DNA of 63,699 nucleotides, filler included, from Bigelowiella natans CCMP2755 (Eukaryota; Protista; Cercozoa): the NCBI GenBank assembly GCA_000320545.1. It is 8 parts of 8 records of this genome, joined end to end, with 100 filler letters (N's around TTAATTAATTAA, not from the genome) between each part and the next. Parts side by side here need not be neighbours in the genome. Positions count along the whole stretch, not along the records: positions 4,424 to 34,753 come from ADNK01002926.1; 7 more parts are not named here. One strand, 5' to 3'. The notes below the pieces were generated by a model, which was given only the letters and a program-made list of their open reading frames with translations, ran no database searches and was not told where the DNA came from. Positions 14,141 to 27,265 of the stretch are shown one piece after another (positions within the stretch are counted from its first letter, which is position 1; every line of letters begins with the position of its first letter). Position numbers and translations under genes: made by a program.

Positions 14141-15313
14141 TGGATCAGAGCGCTCCTCTCCCCGACGACGGGCATTGCGACGTCGGGCGGAAGATCCGGA
14201 TGTAGGGTGGGCAACGCGATTTGGGCCTAAGAGAAGACGTCGCGGCAAATAAGGAAGAGAACCATTTTTTTTCCCCAGCAAAATGGGAAAATCCAGGACG
14301 TTTTTGACAAAAATGATCGTGAATGGCGAAGCGCTGCAGTTCGGCGGCGCGAAGGTTGAACTTCCTATGTTCGTTTCCACCGTGGCCCATTCCTGCCCGC
14401 CAAAAAAAGCGCCTGAAAACAACCAACAGACGAATTACATGTGAGCGTTAAAAGATATTGCGGAGGAACGCGTGCCCAGACCCAAAGGAAGTATGCTCAG
14501 CTCTCCGAAAACCGCGTGATTCTTATGCATTTTCACCCTGCGACAATGGATAATAGGCGAAGCGGCCGACGGAATCTTGCATAGCGCTCGCTCGCTAGCG
14601 AACGCCGGTCAAATTTAGGCCCCGCGCTTGTCCCATCGTCCCGATATTCCCCCGGAAAAGCCGAGTGTTCTGTAGAATTTTGGGTGAAATTTAAGGGCTT
14701 CGGATCGAGGGTACTGTGTGAAGTTCAGCTCTGCGTTAACTTCTATTCGAAGTTCGTCGGAATGGTAAATTATCTTTGCGACATGGACTGAGTGGGAAAT
14801 AAGTCTAGTTTGTCAGTCTGTTTTGGCCAGCAATTCTCTTCGAATGACGAACTAAGAATCTCAGTTTTTGCCTGCAAGGATTTTTGGATTTTAGGTCTTA
14901 ATTTTTAATTCGTTCCCGCCACATGCCACAATCCGTCCTCGGTGCCTTCTCATCCGTCCCGCCATCACCACCCGCCAGGTTTATATTGCTCCTTAAAACA
15001 TGTATGGAGTATTTATACAATGTGTTCTACCTCACCTCCTTTTTCCATTCCGGTTTGGGATCCAAATAAAAAGCAGAGGAGAAGGCGGTTGCATGTTTCC
15101 ACCAGCCTTTCGAAGCTCGGAATGCCCGCCTTCGCCAAACCGTTCATTTTGAGCGTTCGTGGTTCCTTTTTTTTCATTTTTGCTGTCGGAAAATGTGTGA
15201 GATGAAGTCTATAATAAGAATATATGCGAAGTTGGCTCAATCACCTCTTAAATCAGCTTAAGACATCTCATTGGAACCTCGGGATTATGCTCGACCATCA
15301 CATCTCCCCTTCT

Positions 15314-17442
15314 ATGGATTCTGACGTCTCCGACAAAGAGAACGCACCACTTTGTGTACGCGTAACACCAGCCGTATCGGTGGACTATAGGTATTATTCA
15401 AGATACTCCTTCAGCCCTTAATCCTGTCGCATCGCTACTATCATTTCCACCCCTTCATTCTCATCATCATTCTCATCATCGTCGTCATCATCGTCATCAG
15501 CATTAGGTTGGTCCAGATTACGAGACAACCGATCTCTCCACGAAGTAAACGTGCTCAGCCATGGGCCCCGCATCCAGCTGACTCCAAACGGAAGCAATTT
15601 TCTATCATCGCGCCCAGGACGTATGGCGCGCACATGGATAATGAAAAGGCAGCACTCTCCTCCTCCTCCTCCTCCTCCTCCTCCTCCTCCTCCTCCTCCT
15701 CCTCCTCCTCCTCCTCCTCCTCCACGTCTCCCTGCTCTTCGTCATCCCTTTCAACGTCGTCCTCCTTTGATCAGCCAATTGACGGTCGGCACATGAATCG
15801 TCTGGACGATGAGGAGAACACGACGAACAACGCAGCACCATCCTCTCTCCCTGCCTTTTCTGACGAACCCAACGCCGCCGTGGCTATGCTCCGACCTGCC
15901 CCTCGCGAGGTAACGAGGAGGAGGCGGTACATGGGCAGTAAGGTAGCGGGGTGGCACAAAGAAAAACCAACAGAGTGGGTGAAAGCCCCGGGCTCCTCCT
16001 TCGCACAGAAGCAGCATAGGCAGCAGCAGCAGCAGCAGCAGCATTCGGCATTCAGACCGCTATCGTCCGAATCTTCACCATGGGCTAGCGATGCCGCGAA
16101 CCACGGTCTCACAAATAATTCGCACGCGGAAGTAGGAACAGTTGCCAGCACACACACTCAGGCTCCATCTTCGGACCTCAGTGAAGCTGTCCGCATGAAT
16201 GTGCTCAAGCGGCCACGCCGCACATCGTCGTCGTCATCATCATCATCGTCATCATCATCTTCATCAGCCGCGTCCGGTCGTCATCATCACCACCACCACC
16301 GCCACCACTTCTACGCAAGCCAGTGGCAGCAGCAAGAGCATCATCGGTCTCTGCGGCGCTCTTCCATTGCAACAAAGACAACCAACGAGACGAACCACGC
16401 TGCTAGCAGAATGGACGACGAGTCGAGTGAAGAAGAAGCAGACGTAACTACTCTGTCCGGCAGCCTTCCAAGTAGCCCTTCTGGCTGTCGTCGATCGTCG
16501 ACGCCGCCGCCGCCGTCGCACCGGGCCATCGGAACAAATGACAGAATCAGCGCGGACAAGCCGTATGACCAGAAGCGTGGCGGGTGTGGCGGGGGATGGA
16601 AGATCGACAAAGAACTCTCCCAGGAGACGATACGGCGGCTGCGCGCGAGAGAGATCAAGCACACGGCGCCGTACTCGCCCAAGTCGAGCCTGGTGAAGTA
16701 CCGCGGCATCGTGCTGGAGTGGATGCGGGAGGTCGCCGATGGCCAGCGACTCTCCGAAGAGACTCTGCAGCTCGCCGTGAGCTACTTTGACACCCTGATC
16801 GCCGGGCCGTCCTCGAACAAGGGCCAGCTGCAGCTCGTGGCGGTCGCGTGCATTCTGATCGCCTCCAAGTACCTCGAGCCCGAGCTCTCCATTCCGACCC
16901 TCGGCCAGCTGATCTCGTGCTGCAACAACGCCTACTCGCAGGCTCAGGTCATCGCTATGGAGATGCGCGTGCTCAACCGCCTCAACTGGTTTCTCGGCCA
17001 CCCCACCACCGCCGCCTTCGCGGAGTACTACTTCGACTGCGGAATCTACGATCCGGGCAGCGAGGCCCCCTCCTCTCAGGGCAGCCACTCGCGCGAGTGG
17101 TGGGAGCGCTTCGCTGCCAAGTGCAAGTCCTTCTTCCTCGGCATCTGCCTCGCGGAGTACCGCATGCGCCGGTTCCGCCCCTCGGTGCGCGCCGCTGCTG
17201 TCGTCGCTTGCGTGCGGCGGCACATGCAAATCTCAGGGTGGACGCGCCGGCTTGCTGGCCTCACCAAGTGCCCCGAGAATCAATGTGCCGCGGCTGCCAC
17301 GGAGCTTTGGAAGGCCTACTCGCAGGCTTATGAGGAGCATAGGAACAGTCAACAGCAGCAGCAGCAGCAGCAGCAGCAGTCGTCGCGGTGTAACGGCTCT
17401 TCGCGTCAAGAGCTGGGCAATTGCTGCATGAACACCTGTTAA
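15314..17442 (+). CDS. Cyclin (cyclin N + C boxes; cyclin J-like features) with long low-complexity N-terminus
   Basis: YRGIVLEWMREVAD...ETLQLAVSYFD...LQLVAVACILIASKYLE...MEMRVLNRLNWFLGHPTTAAF is the cyclin box. A short first exon MDSDVSDKENAPLC (KEN box) is spliced to the 15508 ORF. Confidence 0.92.
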
Positions 17443-18280
17443 TGTCTAGCACATTCATTCCATTCAACGTGTTTACACACACCCTCATCCTGTGTTTCTG
17501 GAGGAGAAGGGGAGGCGTCCGGGAAGGCCTAAAATGGTTCGAAACAAACGAAGAAGAAACCTTTCAAAGTAACAAGAGGAGAAGTTTGTTTTGATTCAGA
17601 ACAATGGAGGTGAACGATTTCTGTTCGAAGCACAGAAAGGTGATGAACGATTTGACCGAGCCAATGCATCCTTGTCATGAGGATTCGCACTCTAGCAGAG
17701 ATCTGTACATGGTTACGAGCGAACATTAAGACTGTACATCTTGACACGCTTTGTCTTGTCATGATTTCTCCAAATGTGACGAATGGGCTCTGTTTCATTT
17801 TGCGGCGTGCGCGCACGTCGCACAACGCAAATGTTGCGCATCATGCTTGCGCGGGCATGCTAGCATGACACCAGAAAATGAGCAAATGAAAGCAACTGCT
17901 CCATGCGTGACATGAAGTGATTCACATTGCGCTGAGCTGTGCGTGGCACGTGATGCCTCGAAGTTTGCTCTGCGAGCTAGCGAGGCTGGCATGAGCTGCG
18001 AGCTTGTGTGCACTTCTAGACTTCTAGACTTGCCAGACTGCATCGCGACAATCCATTTGCTCATGCTAGCATGCGACAAGGCAAAGGCGGAGATGGTGTC
18101 CTCTCTCGTGCAATTTGTGTGATCTGTGACAATTGGGAGCGTGCACTTTGTTGGATGGGTGCCACATGCGCGACAACAACTTCATGTTTGCAAAGCGCTG
18201 ACCGATCATTGTTTGTTCTGCAAAGAGCCACACGCACAAAGCCACCCGCATTGCATGTGGCACACTCTAGCACTTGCCAC

Positions 18281-18321
<41 letters not shown>

Positions 18322-18569
18322 CGTGAGTGTGCGCGTGTGCGTAAGGGTGTGTGAATGACTGTGCTAGCCATGTGTTTGCTTGCTGCACTCCTCCAAGCGT
18401 TGTTGTTAGTCTTTCTTTGGTCACAATGAGATGTTGTGTCATTCACGTACGTTGCAATTTGAGATTTAAGAACATGCACAAGTTGCAGTCTACATCTGAG
18501 CAAAGCAGTGATCATTCAATAGTTTGGCCTTTTTTGCAGTGCCACGTTAATGTTCCTAAATGTATCAAT

Positions 18570-21500
18570 TAGTTCACTCCGTTCACCAAGCAAGTCTGGC
18601 GTGGCAAGCATGGAGCTTTCCTGTGTCATTTGAGCAACATAAGTGACTACAGAAGACGGGGGAGATGACGGGAGTCTTTTCGCTTTGCCATTATTGCTTG
18701 CTTTTCCTTTAGCCATACGTGATGCTAGTGCAGAATTTACAACACTTGGCATATTTGGTGCAGATGCGAGATACTCTTTTGCTGGATTATCCTTGATTTC
18801 TAAAGGTTCAACAGAATATCCTGTTGCGAGAAGGATTCCACGTCTTGACCCTAAATTCATAAGTTGTATTCAGGAGAAATGCATTACAGGTGCAGAAAAC
18901 AACTATCGATCTAGTCTCAGGCTTAGATCGCCAATACTGCAGTATTGCGGTAACACTGCTCAGTAATACTTGCGGACACGCGATCTAAGGTCTCAGGCTC
19001 TTAAACGTTTTCAGCCGAGTCACATTCAAACCTTTTTGCTCAGGGAGAAGAGGAGTCGAAACGGACTGAAACCCGATCACCTTTCCACCATTTGGAAGAT
19101 CCTCTATTGCACGAAGCAGCGAAAAATCTCTGTAGTGATATGTCGTATATGCCGATATAAGTGCATAACACGTGAAACAACAGAATTATTTGAAGTTATC
19201 TAGTTCACCTGTAAGAATAAGGAGAGGAGAAGGATTTATAGACCTCATGGACCAAGGCTACATTGTCTGAAAACCTGATCATAAATGTGTTCTTCAACAC
19301 CTTCAACCACAAAAGTTTGCCTTACCGTTTAATCACATTTGTTTTATGAATTCTTTTGTTCCATTCCTTACAGCGCTTTGGGAAAATACATAAGCTTAAC
19401 ATTCGTAGCTTCTTCAGATTTTTGTGTGAATTATAAACTCAAAGTCATCCGTACCTCTGAATCCATGAGGAGCTCTGAAATTGTGTTAACATCAAAGTTT
19501 ATTACTGTACGGGCGCGTAGAGTTGTTATCTGACCACACATAAAAGTCATCTGGTATTATATGGCAAATACTTTCGCTATTGATTTGATACCCCATCTAA
19601 GCATTTATATTCAAGTGAAGTCTCCAGAGTATCCTTTGTCGCTTCTTGAAAAGTATTTTCTGCAGGAGGCGGCGGTGCATCATCCTCATCAGAATTTTCT
19701 TGAATCATTGAGTAATCTTTTGTAGAGCTGTGTTCAGAGCCATTTTTTGAGCTGTGTTTGAGCCAAATTGGCAGATGCACCTTAACCCATTTTTTGCTGA
19801 ACTTATCAAGCGACTCTTTTGACTCCATTTCTGAAAGTATTCCCTTCGAATTGGCAACCAAATTCGTATTGTTCTCCTTGGCAATCGAATGGATAGATTT
19901 AAGCATCTGATATTTAAGTTGAAGATTAAAATAACACTGTTCTCTTCGTTAATAATGCCTTCTTTCGAAATACCTCATGGATAAGGACTTTTCTCGGTAC
20001 ATCAGATAAATTTACAGCATTCTGGATCGTTGAGGGGGATTCCTTTGTATTGGTGGATATGCTTACACCATTCTCCTTTGCTACCCAGTTTGAAAAACTG
20101 CCAAAATTATAGTCTCTGGTGAAAAAGTAATTTGGAGTATACAAATCTAGTTCATGACGCAGTGACAACGCACATCGTGAAGGCTGTAGGAAAATTAAGA
20201 ATTTCTTCCACTGCGGGTTTTCCTAGATGTTCCTGAAAAATTAAGAGCAGTCGAAGAGCCGCTAGCCGAGATCCACGCTGGGACAAAATATGATCAGAGA
20301 GATTTAATTCTCTCAATATAGCAATGCCCAAATCTGGGATAACGATACAAAATCATATAACCTTATCTAAATCACGGATAATTTTCTACCTTTCAGTACA
20401 TCGATGTAAGTTGCTGCATTTCGGTTTCGTTCATAGTCTGTTAAACTATAGGATACAATAAGGTAAACTATATTCTCAAATGTCCATACTTGACAGAGGT
20501 CATTTGCACTACCGGCAGATCAATTTTAAAGCTGCTCGACTTGCAACGTTGCTTTTGCTGAGAAAATCAACGTCATCACCTGACAAGTGATGTACTCTTG
20601 TAATGGCATACCCCACGTTACCGCAGATTTGTATAAGTCCATGTCCAGAAGAGGCTTTCATATCTGGCGTTGATGACGTTCTGCTCCCCGAAACGAATCG
20701 ACTAGCTTGGCTACTGGTTCTTAGGCTGCTGAGACGAATTAGAATCTATATACAATTCGGAACAACTCAGTTGCACGGAGGATATATTGTTATGATGTAA
20801 CAGCTTTTGGAAAACTTATACTGGGTTGTTAGGTCCTTGGAACAGATATCGTATCATGTCCTTGGAGAGGTGAAACAGGCCTAGTTGTGCTGCATTAACT
20901 TTTTTGAATTTCTTTTGCATCTCACTGAGAGTCTAACAAAATTTTAATCGAATTTGTACATACGGGTTCCACACACACACACACACACACACACACATTC
21001 CACACGTTCGCAAACGCACGTATCCACGCATGCCATCCCACAAATGATAAGTATACATTATATTACAAGTACTATTTACCTTAAGATCTGCCTTTTGCCT
21101 GGAAACAAAGTACTCTTCAAACTTCTGAATTGAGGATGCTCGACGTTGTCCCTGCAAGAAAACAAATATTTGGATATGTAAAATGAATAATAAAAAGGAA
21201 AGTTTAATTATGATTTTAGTTCGTAAATGTTACATCTCTAAGTTCGTCGATAAGTTGGTACACACGGCGTTCATTTGGAGCTCTACTCAGATATTTGTGA
21301 TTCGGAAGACTTTGAGACCATTCTTCACCAGTTTGTTTTTTCCTTGATTTCTGTGTACCGATTGAATTCAGAATAAGTTATTGTCGAATTAGTGCGAAAC
21401 TTATTGATAATGGGGTCGTATCATAATTAATGTCTTACTCACCAAAAGAAGAGGGCGGACATTCTCTGGAACAACAAGAAACTTCAAGATGGCATTAGAA

Positions 21501-22320
21501 ACTGGGGAGTTCTCTTGAAGAATATCTGGGATTGCAAGAAGCTCTTTCACGTATCTAAAATAATGAGACAAATAGTCAGATGTAGCATATAGAAATTACA
21601 TGTTCAACTAGCCTTTGAAGCTGCCATAAACGGAGCCTAATGAATTCTTCATCCATGTTACTGCCAAACACCTTCAACGGATGTATAAATTCAGCTCAGA
21701 TAAAATATGACGCAGAAAACAATTGAATAGTGTAGACCCTCCTAGGAGGCAGCGAAGGGAGTCTTAATTTAGGATCTAGAAAGATAGGATGATCCAATGT
21801 AAGATGAAGCATCATTACAAATTAGCATTCGGTACCAAGCTCACGAAGGTTACGGTGTAAAACGCTAAATTCACTATATCTCTTCTCAATTACCTAAAAC
21901 ATTTTGATATGATTTGAATAATATCTTTTGATTGAAATTAGAAGATACATCTTTACCCATGGGTTAGTGGATGGACTTTGCACATTCATTTCATAGCTGA
22001 CAAAAGGACGCAGTACCGAACGCACCTGTCAATTAGTGCTTGTAATCGTAATGTGCCATAAATCGCATAGCTATCACCTACACAAGCTTGATCGCATTGA
22101 CGTTTACATGAAGCATGAGTTAACTGTACATCATCACAACATCGAGCAGCAATCGAATGCAAGTTCAGTACACTACCTTCGTGAAGTGCGTGAATTTCAC
22201 CTGATAAATTTGTGAATCATTTTAAAAACAAACCCATTAAAATTATCATCATGGACAACAACGATTGCAATCAACGTCCCATTGTTGTCACACAAATCAT
22301 GCAAAATTGCTCACCTCCAT
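18570..22320 (-). CDS. PX (phox homology) domain protein, many short introns
   Basis: Exons translate to RPFVSYEMNVQSPSTNPW / VIEKRYSEFSVLHRNLRE / KLRLPSLPPR / EEFIRLRLWQLQR / YVKELLAIPDIL...ILKFL, matching the PX pattern (RY.EF..L, LP.LP.K/R, R...LQ.Y). The 3' end is approximate. Confidence 0.75.
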
Positions 22321-23097
22321 TATTTCAACTCCGAAAGATGATTGTGACGATTAGGGAATGCCGGCATTGTCAGATGTGAACGGAAAAATCCACGCAATGC
22401 CTGTATTAAAGTTCTGCGACATCAAAACATGAGTGTCGTGTTGCGACAGTCGTCATTCGCGAACAATTTTTCGTTCGCATCCTTTCAAATGCTCCAAATC
22501 CGAATCAACGGGCTGCACTAGATCGATCTAGCACCAACGCATTGACAGAGCGGCGGCAGCACAAAATGCACGTGTCTGCCCAAAGAAATAGCCCGTTTTC
22601 CGAGAAGAACCGCATGTAAATTCACCCTTGAATTTTTTAGAAAGTCTTAATTCTTTCTATCTTTAATTTTCAATTCTCGTGTTGCTTTGCGATAATAGCT
22701 TGGAATCTCACGACCTTTTTCATGTGCGACAATGCTTTGCTCACGTCGTCAGGGGCGGGTTTTCCATCGTTGGAGCTGTTCTGAAGCTGTTCGCTTTCGC
22801 ATTCGAAGGAGAAATCAGATGCACTCTCGACATTGAAGCCCCCTGATTAACCCTCTAAAGGTTGTAATTGCAGCATTTCGTGTGATGTTTGGGTGAAATG
22901 GATGGTATTCTCGTGGACATGGCTCCGTCGGTCACATCAAATCATCTGAGATCATCCAAAACAGTGTGTTCCTAGGTCTTACTTTTGTTAGATTTTTTGT
23001 GGACGCACACTCTCTCATTCTCAATTCTTCCTCCGGTGTCATCGTCGTCGATCTAGGTCTGGGTGGAGGCCGAGGGTCCGGCCCCCCTACCCCTACC

Positions 23098-25203
23098 ATG
23101 GAAGTGGTTGTGCCAGCTCACATCGCCTTCGTGTCGTCCTCCCCACTCAACGAAACCGACAAGGAAAAGCTGAGCCAACAAACGGAGTACGAGCTTCTAC
23201 AAGACGTCGCACGCGACCACCGTCATGTGCACATGCACACATCGAGATGGCGTGCGAGTGAGCCACAGATCCATGCCGCCGCCCGTTCCAATTGTTGTTG
23301 CCTCCACTTCAGCGGACACTGTGACCGGAAAAAAGGACTTGTTATCGAGGAAACCGGCCAGTCAAATGGCAAAGCCGCCCAGAAGAAGTACTTAGGCTCT
23401 CTGGTCGAGATCTTCGGGGGGCTAGGAGACAAAAGGCCAAGGGTTCTCTTCCTGGCCGCGTGTCACAGCAAAGTTGTCGGCCAGCTTGTAGTGGAAAAGG
23501 GCCAAGTGGACTATGCGATGGTCTGCGATGAGCACCACGAGCTTGGCGACAGTGGAGCCCCGGTTTTTGCCAAAAATTTTTACAAAAGCTTGTTGAGCGG
23601 CAAGACCAGAGTCTCTGAGGCTTTCGAATCGGCCAAAAAAGTTCTTGAGGAGATGGCCACAGCACGCAGAGAGGCGGTTATTTCCACGTAAAAACGATAT
23701 TTCCAATCACACGCCAAGAAGAAGGAGTGTGACGAGATGTATTCCAAACTGGAAGAGAAAGCCGAATTGTACGAATACGACGTCACCAGCTCGAAGATGA
23801 AGAAAATTAGGACAGAATGGTACCAACGTCTTCACAACTGGATGAATTCTGAGCACATCAAGAAGAACGAGAAAGAAAAGATCGAGCTCATGCGCAATGA
23901 TCTTGAGTGGGCGCAGTGCCTAGAAGAAGAATCCGTAAAGTATAAATTGCTGCGGAAGAATAAAAAAGAAGACGACGTCCACTTCAAGTTCGAGAAACCT
24001 GATCCCTTGCGCCCCAAAACAGGATGGATTCCCACCCGCCCTTCTTTCTTCTTTAAAACCCTGGTAAGAAGCGAGTACCTGGAGATCATGAACAACTACC
24101 GGTTGTCTCTCAAGAACGATGACGCCGTACTCGAAGGGAAATTTGCGAAGCGCTGGTTGCAAATTGTTGGCGAGAAAGGCATCGGTAAAACCTCGTTAGC
24201 CACAGAAATTGCTTGGATGAGGTGGCATGATGTTGAAGGACCAGATGCTATCTTTTGGGTGAGCAGCTTCTCGTATTTGTCGCTATCCTGCCTCTTTCTC
24301 TCTCTCTCTCTCTCTGAGTTTTTGGGAACACACGTGAAGAAAGCAAACGCCTGCCTTTCATCTAGGTCGATCTTACCGAGGCCACCGGGAAAACAGAGTT
24401 TTTCAGGGCTATCGCCGAGGCGGTGGGCCAAAAATCAGCGGAAAGAATGCAGGATCCTCTTCACGATCTGAAACGGATCACAGGGGTGGAAAACAAAAAT
24501 CGGGTTCTGCTGGTACCATGTCCCTCCCCTTCTCCCTCTTCTCCCTCTTCTTCTCCTTCTCAACCCCCCCACCCCCCCCACATGTCCCGACCTCCTATGC
24601 GTCGCAGAGCCTGTTCACCATTTCCACATTTTCACGCATGATGGTAGGTCTGTGATGACGTGAGCGCTCACATCGACTCCTCCCACTTCCTAGAAGTGCT
24701 GAAGACGAACAAATATCTGCACCTGCTTAGCACCTCGAGAAAGAAAATTGGCCCCCCCGACAGCAATGAGGTGCGAACAATCAATCCAACCAAACAAGCA
24801 ACGAGTGACTTGATCAATTAGGTTCTCACTTTTGAGTTGAGTCGGATTTCTACGAAGTCCAAATTCCGGCTCTTCTTCCGTGCACGGCTGATGAAAGAGT
24901 CGTACACGATAAAACTTCCACAACCGAAGCATTACAGCCAACTCTGGGATTCCTCAGGTGAAATCAGACCACGTCACCCCTCATCATCCTCTAACACAAC
25001 ATGGGATACACACCACATACTTCAATGCAGATCTTCGGACCAAAATGACCGCAGAGATGTGCATGAAGATGGCCACGCGCTACCTTCAAGATGCTAAGTC
25101 TCAGCCTAACGACAAAGCGTTCCCTCCTAAATGTCTTGCACGCATTGCCGAGACTGTGATCGGGGAGGAAGAAAAGGAAGAGAAAGTTGTTCTTGTCTTC
25201 TCT

Positions 25204-25241
<38 letters not shown>

Positions 25242-27260
25242 CGTACTCGCTCAAACATGAACACGGTTTGTTTTGGGTTTTTGTAGGAAAGGTACCTGAA
25301 GACGATGAAAATCATCCCCGCTCAATGTGGTCTCATGACTTTCTTCGTGGGGCGAGAACGAACCATTGAACGGCTCTCTGGTGCATTGCGTGGTGACTCG
25401 AGCAAGCGGATGCACCTTCTCTACGGTCCTGGAGGGATTGGAAAGAGTCAGCTGGCCGCCTACCTGTTCAACTCCCTCATTGAAACCCGCGCATGCTCCC
25501 ACGCGCATTGGCTGAATTGCCAAACGACCGCAGTGCTGCAGGCCGATCACCTGCGCATCGCCGAGAAGATTCCGGGCCTACACGTCGATGGGCGGGAGGT
25601 CGAACCTTCGATCCAGAAAATTAGGGAATGCATCGAGAACGAGCGCTGTCTACTGGCATTCGACGATGCTCCCAATGGCAGAGAATTGTCCAGTTTCCTA
25701 CCTAGAAAGCAAGGGCATGTGACCTCACGTCGAGAAGCAGCAAAGTCAATGATTGGGGGATGGACGTGAAACGCTGGCCGGTCAGTGGGTTCGGAGAGGA
25801 AGATGTCACCCAGCTCGCCGAAAAGTTTGGGTTGTCGATTCCGGGCCCTGGAGAGGACGCGAAGAGGGCCATGGAGCATCTGAAGATGGAGTTCTCGGGT
25901 TACCCCCTGATCCTAGCGCAGTTCTTCGCCTACTGCAGGGAGAATGGACATGGCGTGGCCGCTCGCATCGAGGAGCTACGAAGGAAAAGCCTGAAACGCA
26001 AACGGCAACCCTTCATTGAGCTTCTGAACAAAACTCCCTGTCCGGTGCTTGTCTGCACACAGAGCATGGTCCAAGTGATCCAGGCAAACCTGCACGCGAT
26101 CAGGCATGGCAACGCAGGTGAAAGGGCTCTCGCGTTGTTGAGCGTCTTCGCTCATTTGGACCCGAAAAACACACCGCTGTGGTTGGTTCTCACGTTTGAC
26201 GTTTCGAAGGAGGATGAGACCCGAGACGCGTTGCCTCTCATGGAGCGGTGTTCTTTGACACAATGGAACCGGGAATTGAAGCACATCAGCATGCACGCCG
26301 TCACACAACACGTAGTCAGGCACTTGCAGCCACAGCCTGAGCTTGGAGGGCTGGTTCGAACCCTCATCGCCTGCGCAGCAAAAGACGGAGACGATCGGGG
26401 CGAAGCACTTGACCGCCGTCGGGGAGAGCGGGCCACAGTGCTCCAGCACGGAGCACAGCTCGTCAAATGTGTCTCCGAACCAGTGCTCAACTGGAAGCTG
26501 AAGGTTGCATCAGGGGATGCCTGCGAATTGGAATGCATGCATGAGGAAGCCTCGCGGTGGTGCGGCGAAAGTGCGCGTGTGGCAGGACAGGAACTGAAGC
26601 ATGAAGCAGCCGGAGAAGAGGAAGAAGACAAAAACAGAACGGAAAGGGCATCCGCTAGAAACAGCACAGGAGGTCCACAACCGGCAGACCTTGCAACCAT
26701 TTGGCACAAATTGGGAAACGTGAACAACATTCAGGGCAAGTGCCCGGAGGCGCTCAAGGAATGCAAGAAGGCTCTTGACATCAGGCTGAAGATGCACGGC
26801 ACGGATGAACCCCATCCAGATGTGGCGACTACCTGCAACAACATCGGCTCAGTGCACGATGGCATGGGCAAGTGCCCGGAGGCGCTCACGGAACATGAGA
26901 AGGCTCTTGATGCACAGTTGAAGGTGCACGACACGGATGAACCCCATCCGGATGCAGCGACCACCTGCAACAACATCGGCTCAGTGTGCAAAAACATGGG
27001 CAAGTGCCCGGAGGCGCTAACGGAACACAAGAAGGCTCTTGATGTGCGGTTGAAGGTGCACGGCACGGACAAACCCCATCCTTGTGTGGCGACTACGTGC
27101 AACAACATCGGCTCAGTGCACGTGCACGTGGGGAAGCACCCAGAGGCGCTCACGGAACACAAGAAGGTTCTTGACATGCGGTTGAAGGTGCACGGTGAGG
27201 AGAAACCCCATCCGGATGAGCAGCCACAGAAACATCGGCTCAGTGCACGTGCACATGGGG
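23098..27260 (+). pseudogene. Disrupted NLR-like gene: CHAT (caspase-HetF-TPR) protease + two STAND/NB-ARC-like P-loop NTPase modules + TPR array
   Basis: CHAT dyad motifs LHFSGH and LFLAAC. P-loops IVGEKGIGKTSLA (~24170) and FVGRE...LYGPGGIGKSQLA (~25420) with a Walker-B-like CLLAFDDA. In-frame TAA at 23689-23691 (the frame continues into the 23737 ORF) and a frameshift at ~25760. The TPR half is TpA-hypermutated. Confidence 0.8.
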
Positions 27261-27265
27261 AAGCA
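26690..27265 (+). repeat. Tandem 132-bp (44-aa) TPR repeats, kinesin-light-chain/NPHP3 type
   Basis: GGGCAAGTGCCCGGAGGCGCT recurs at 26734, 26866 and 26998, with a variant at ~27130. The unit is GK[C/H]PEAL.E[C/H].KALD..LK.HG.D.PHP.VATTCNNIGSV[H/C]. Confidence 0.92.

Noticed and set aside
16264-17333. Long overlapping/antisense ORFs over the cyclin gene
   Set aside because: Shadow ORFs from GC-rich codon usage.
26690-27265. Alternative genetic code (Cys/His codons read as Tyr)
   Set aside because: Neighbouring genes use TAC/TAT normally, and the TA loss extends into non-coding DNA.
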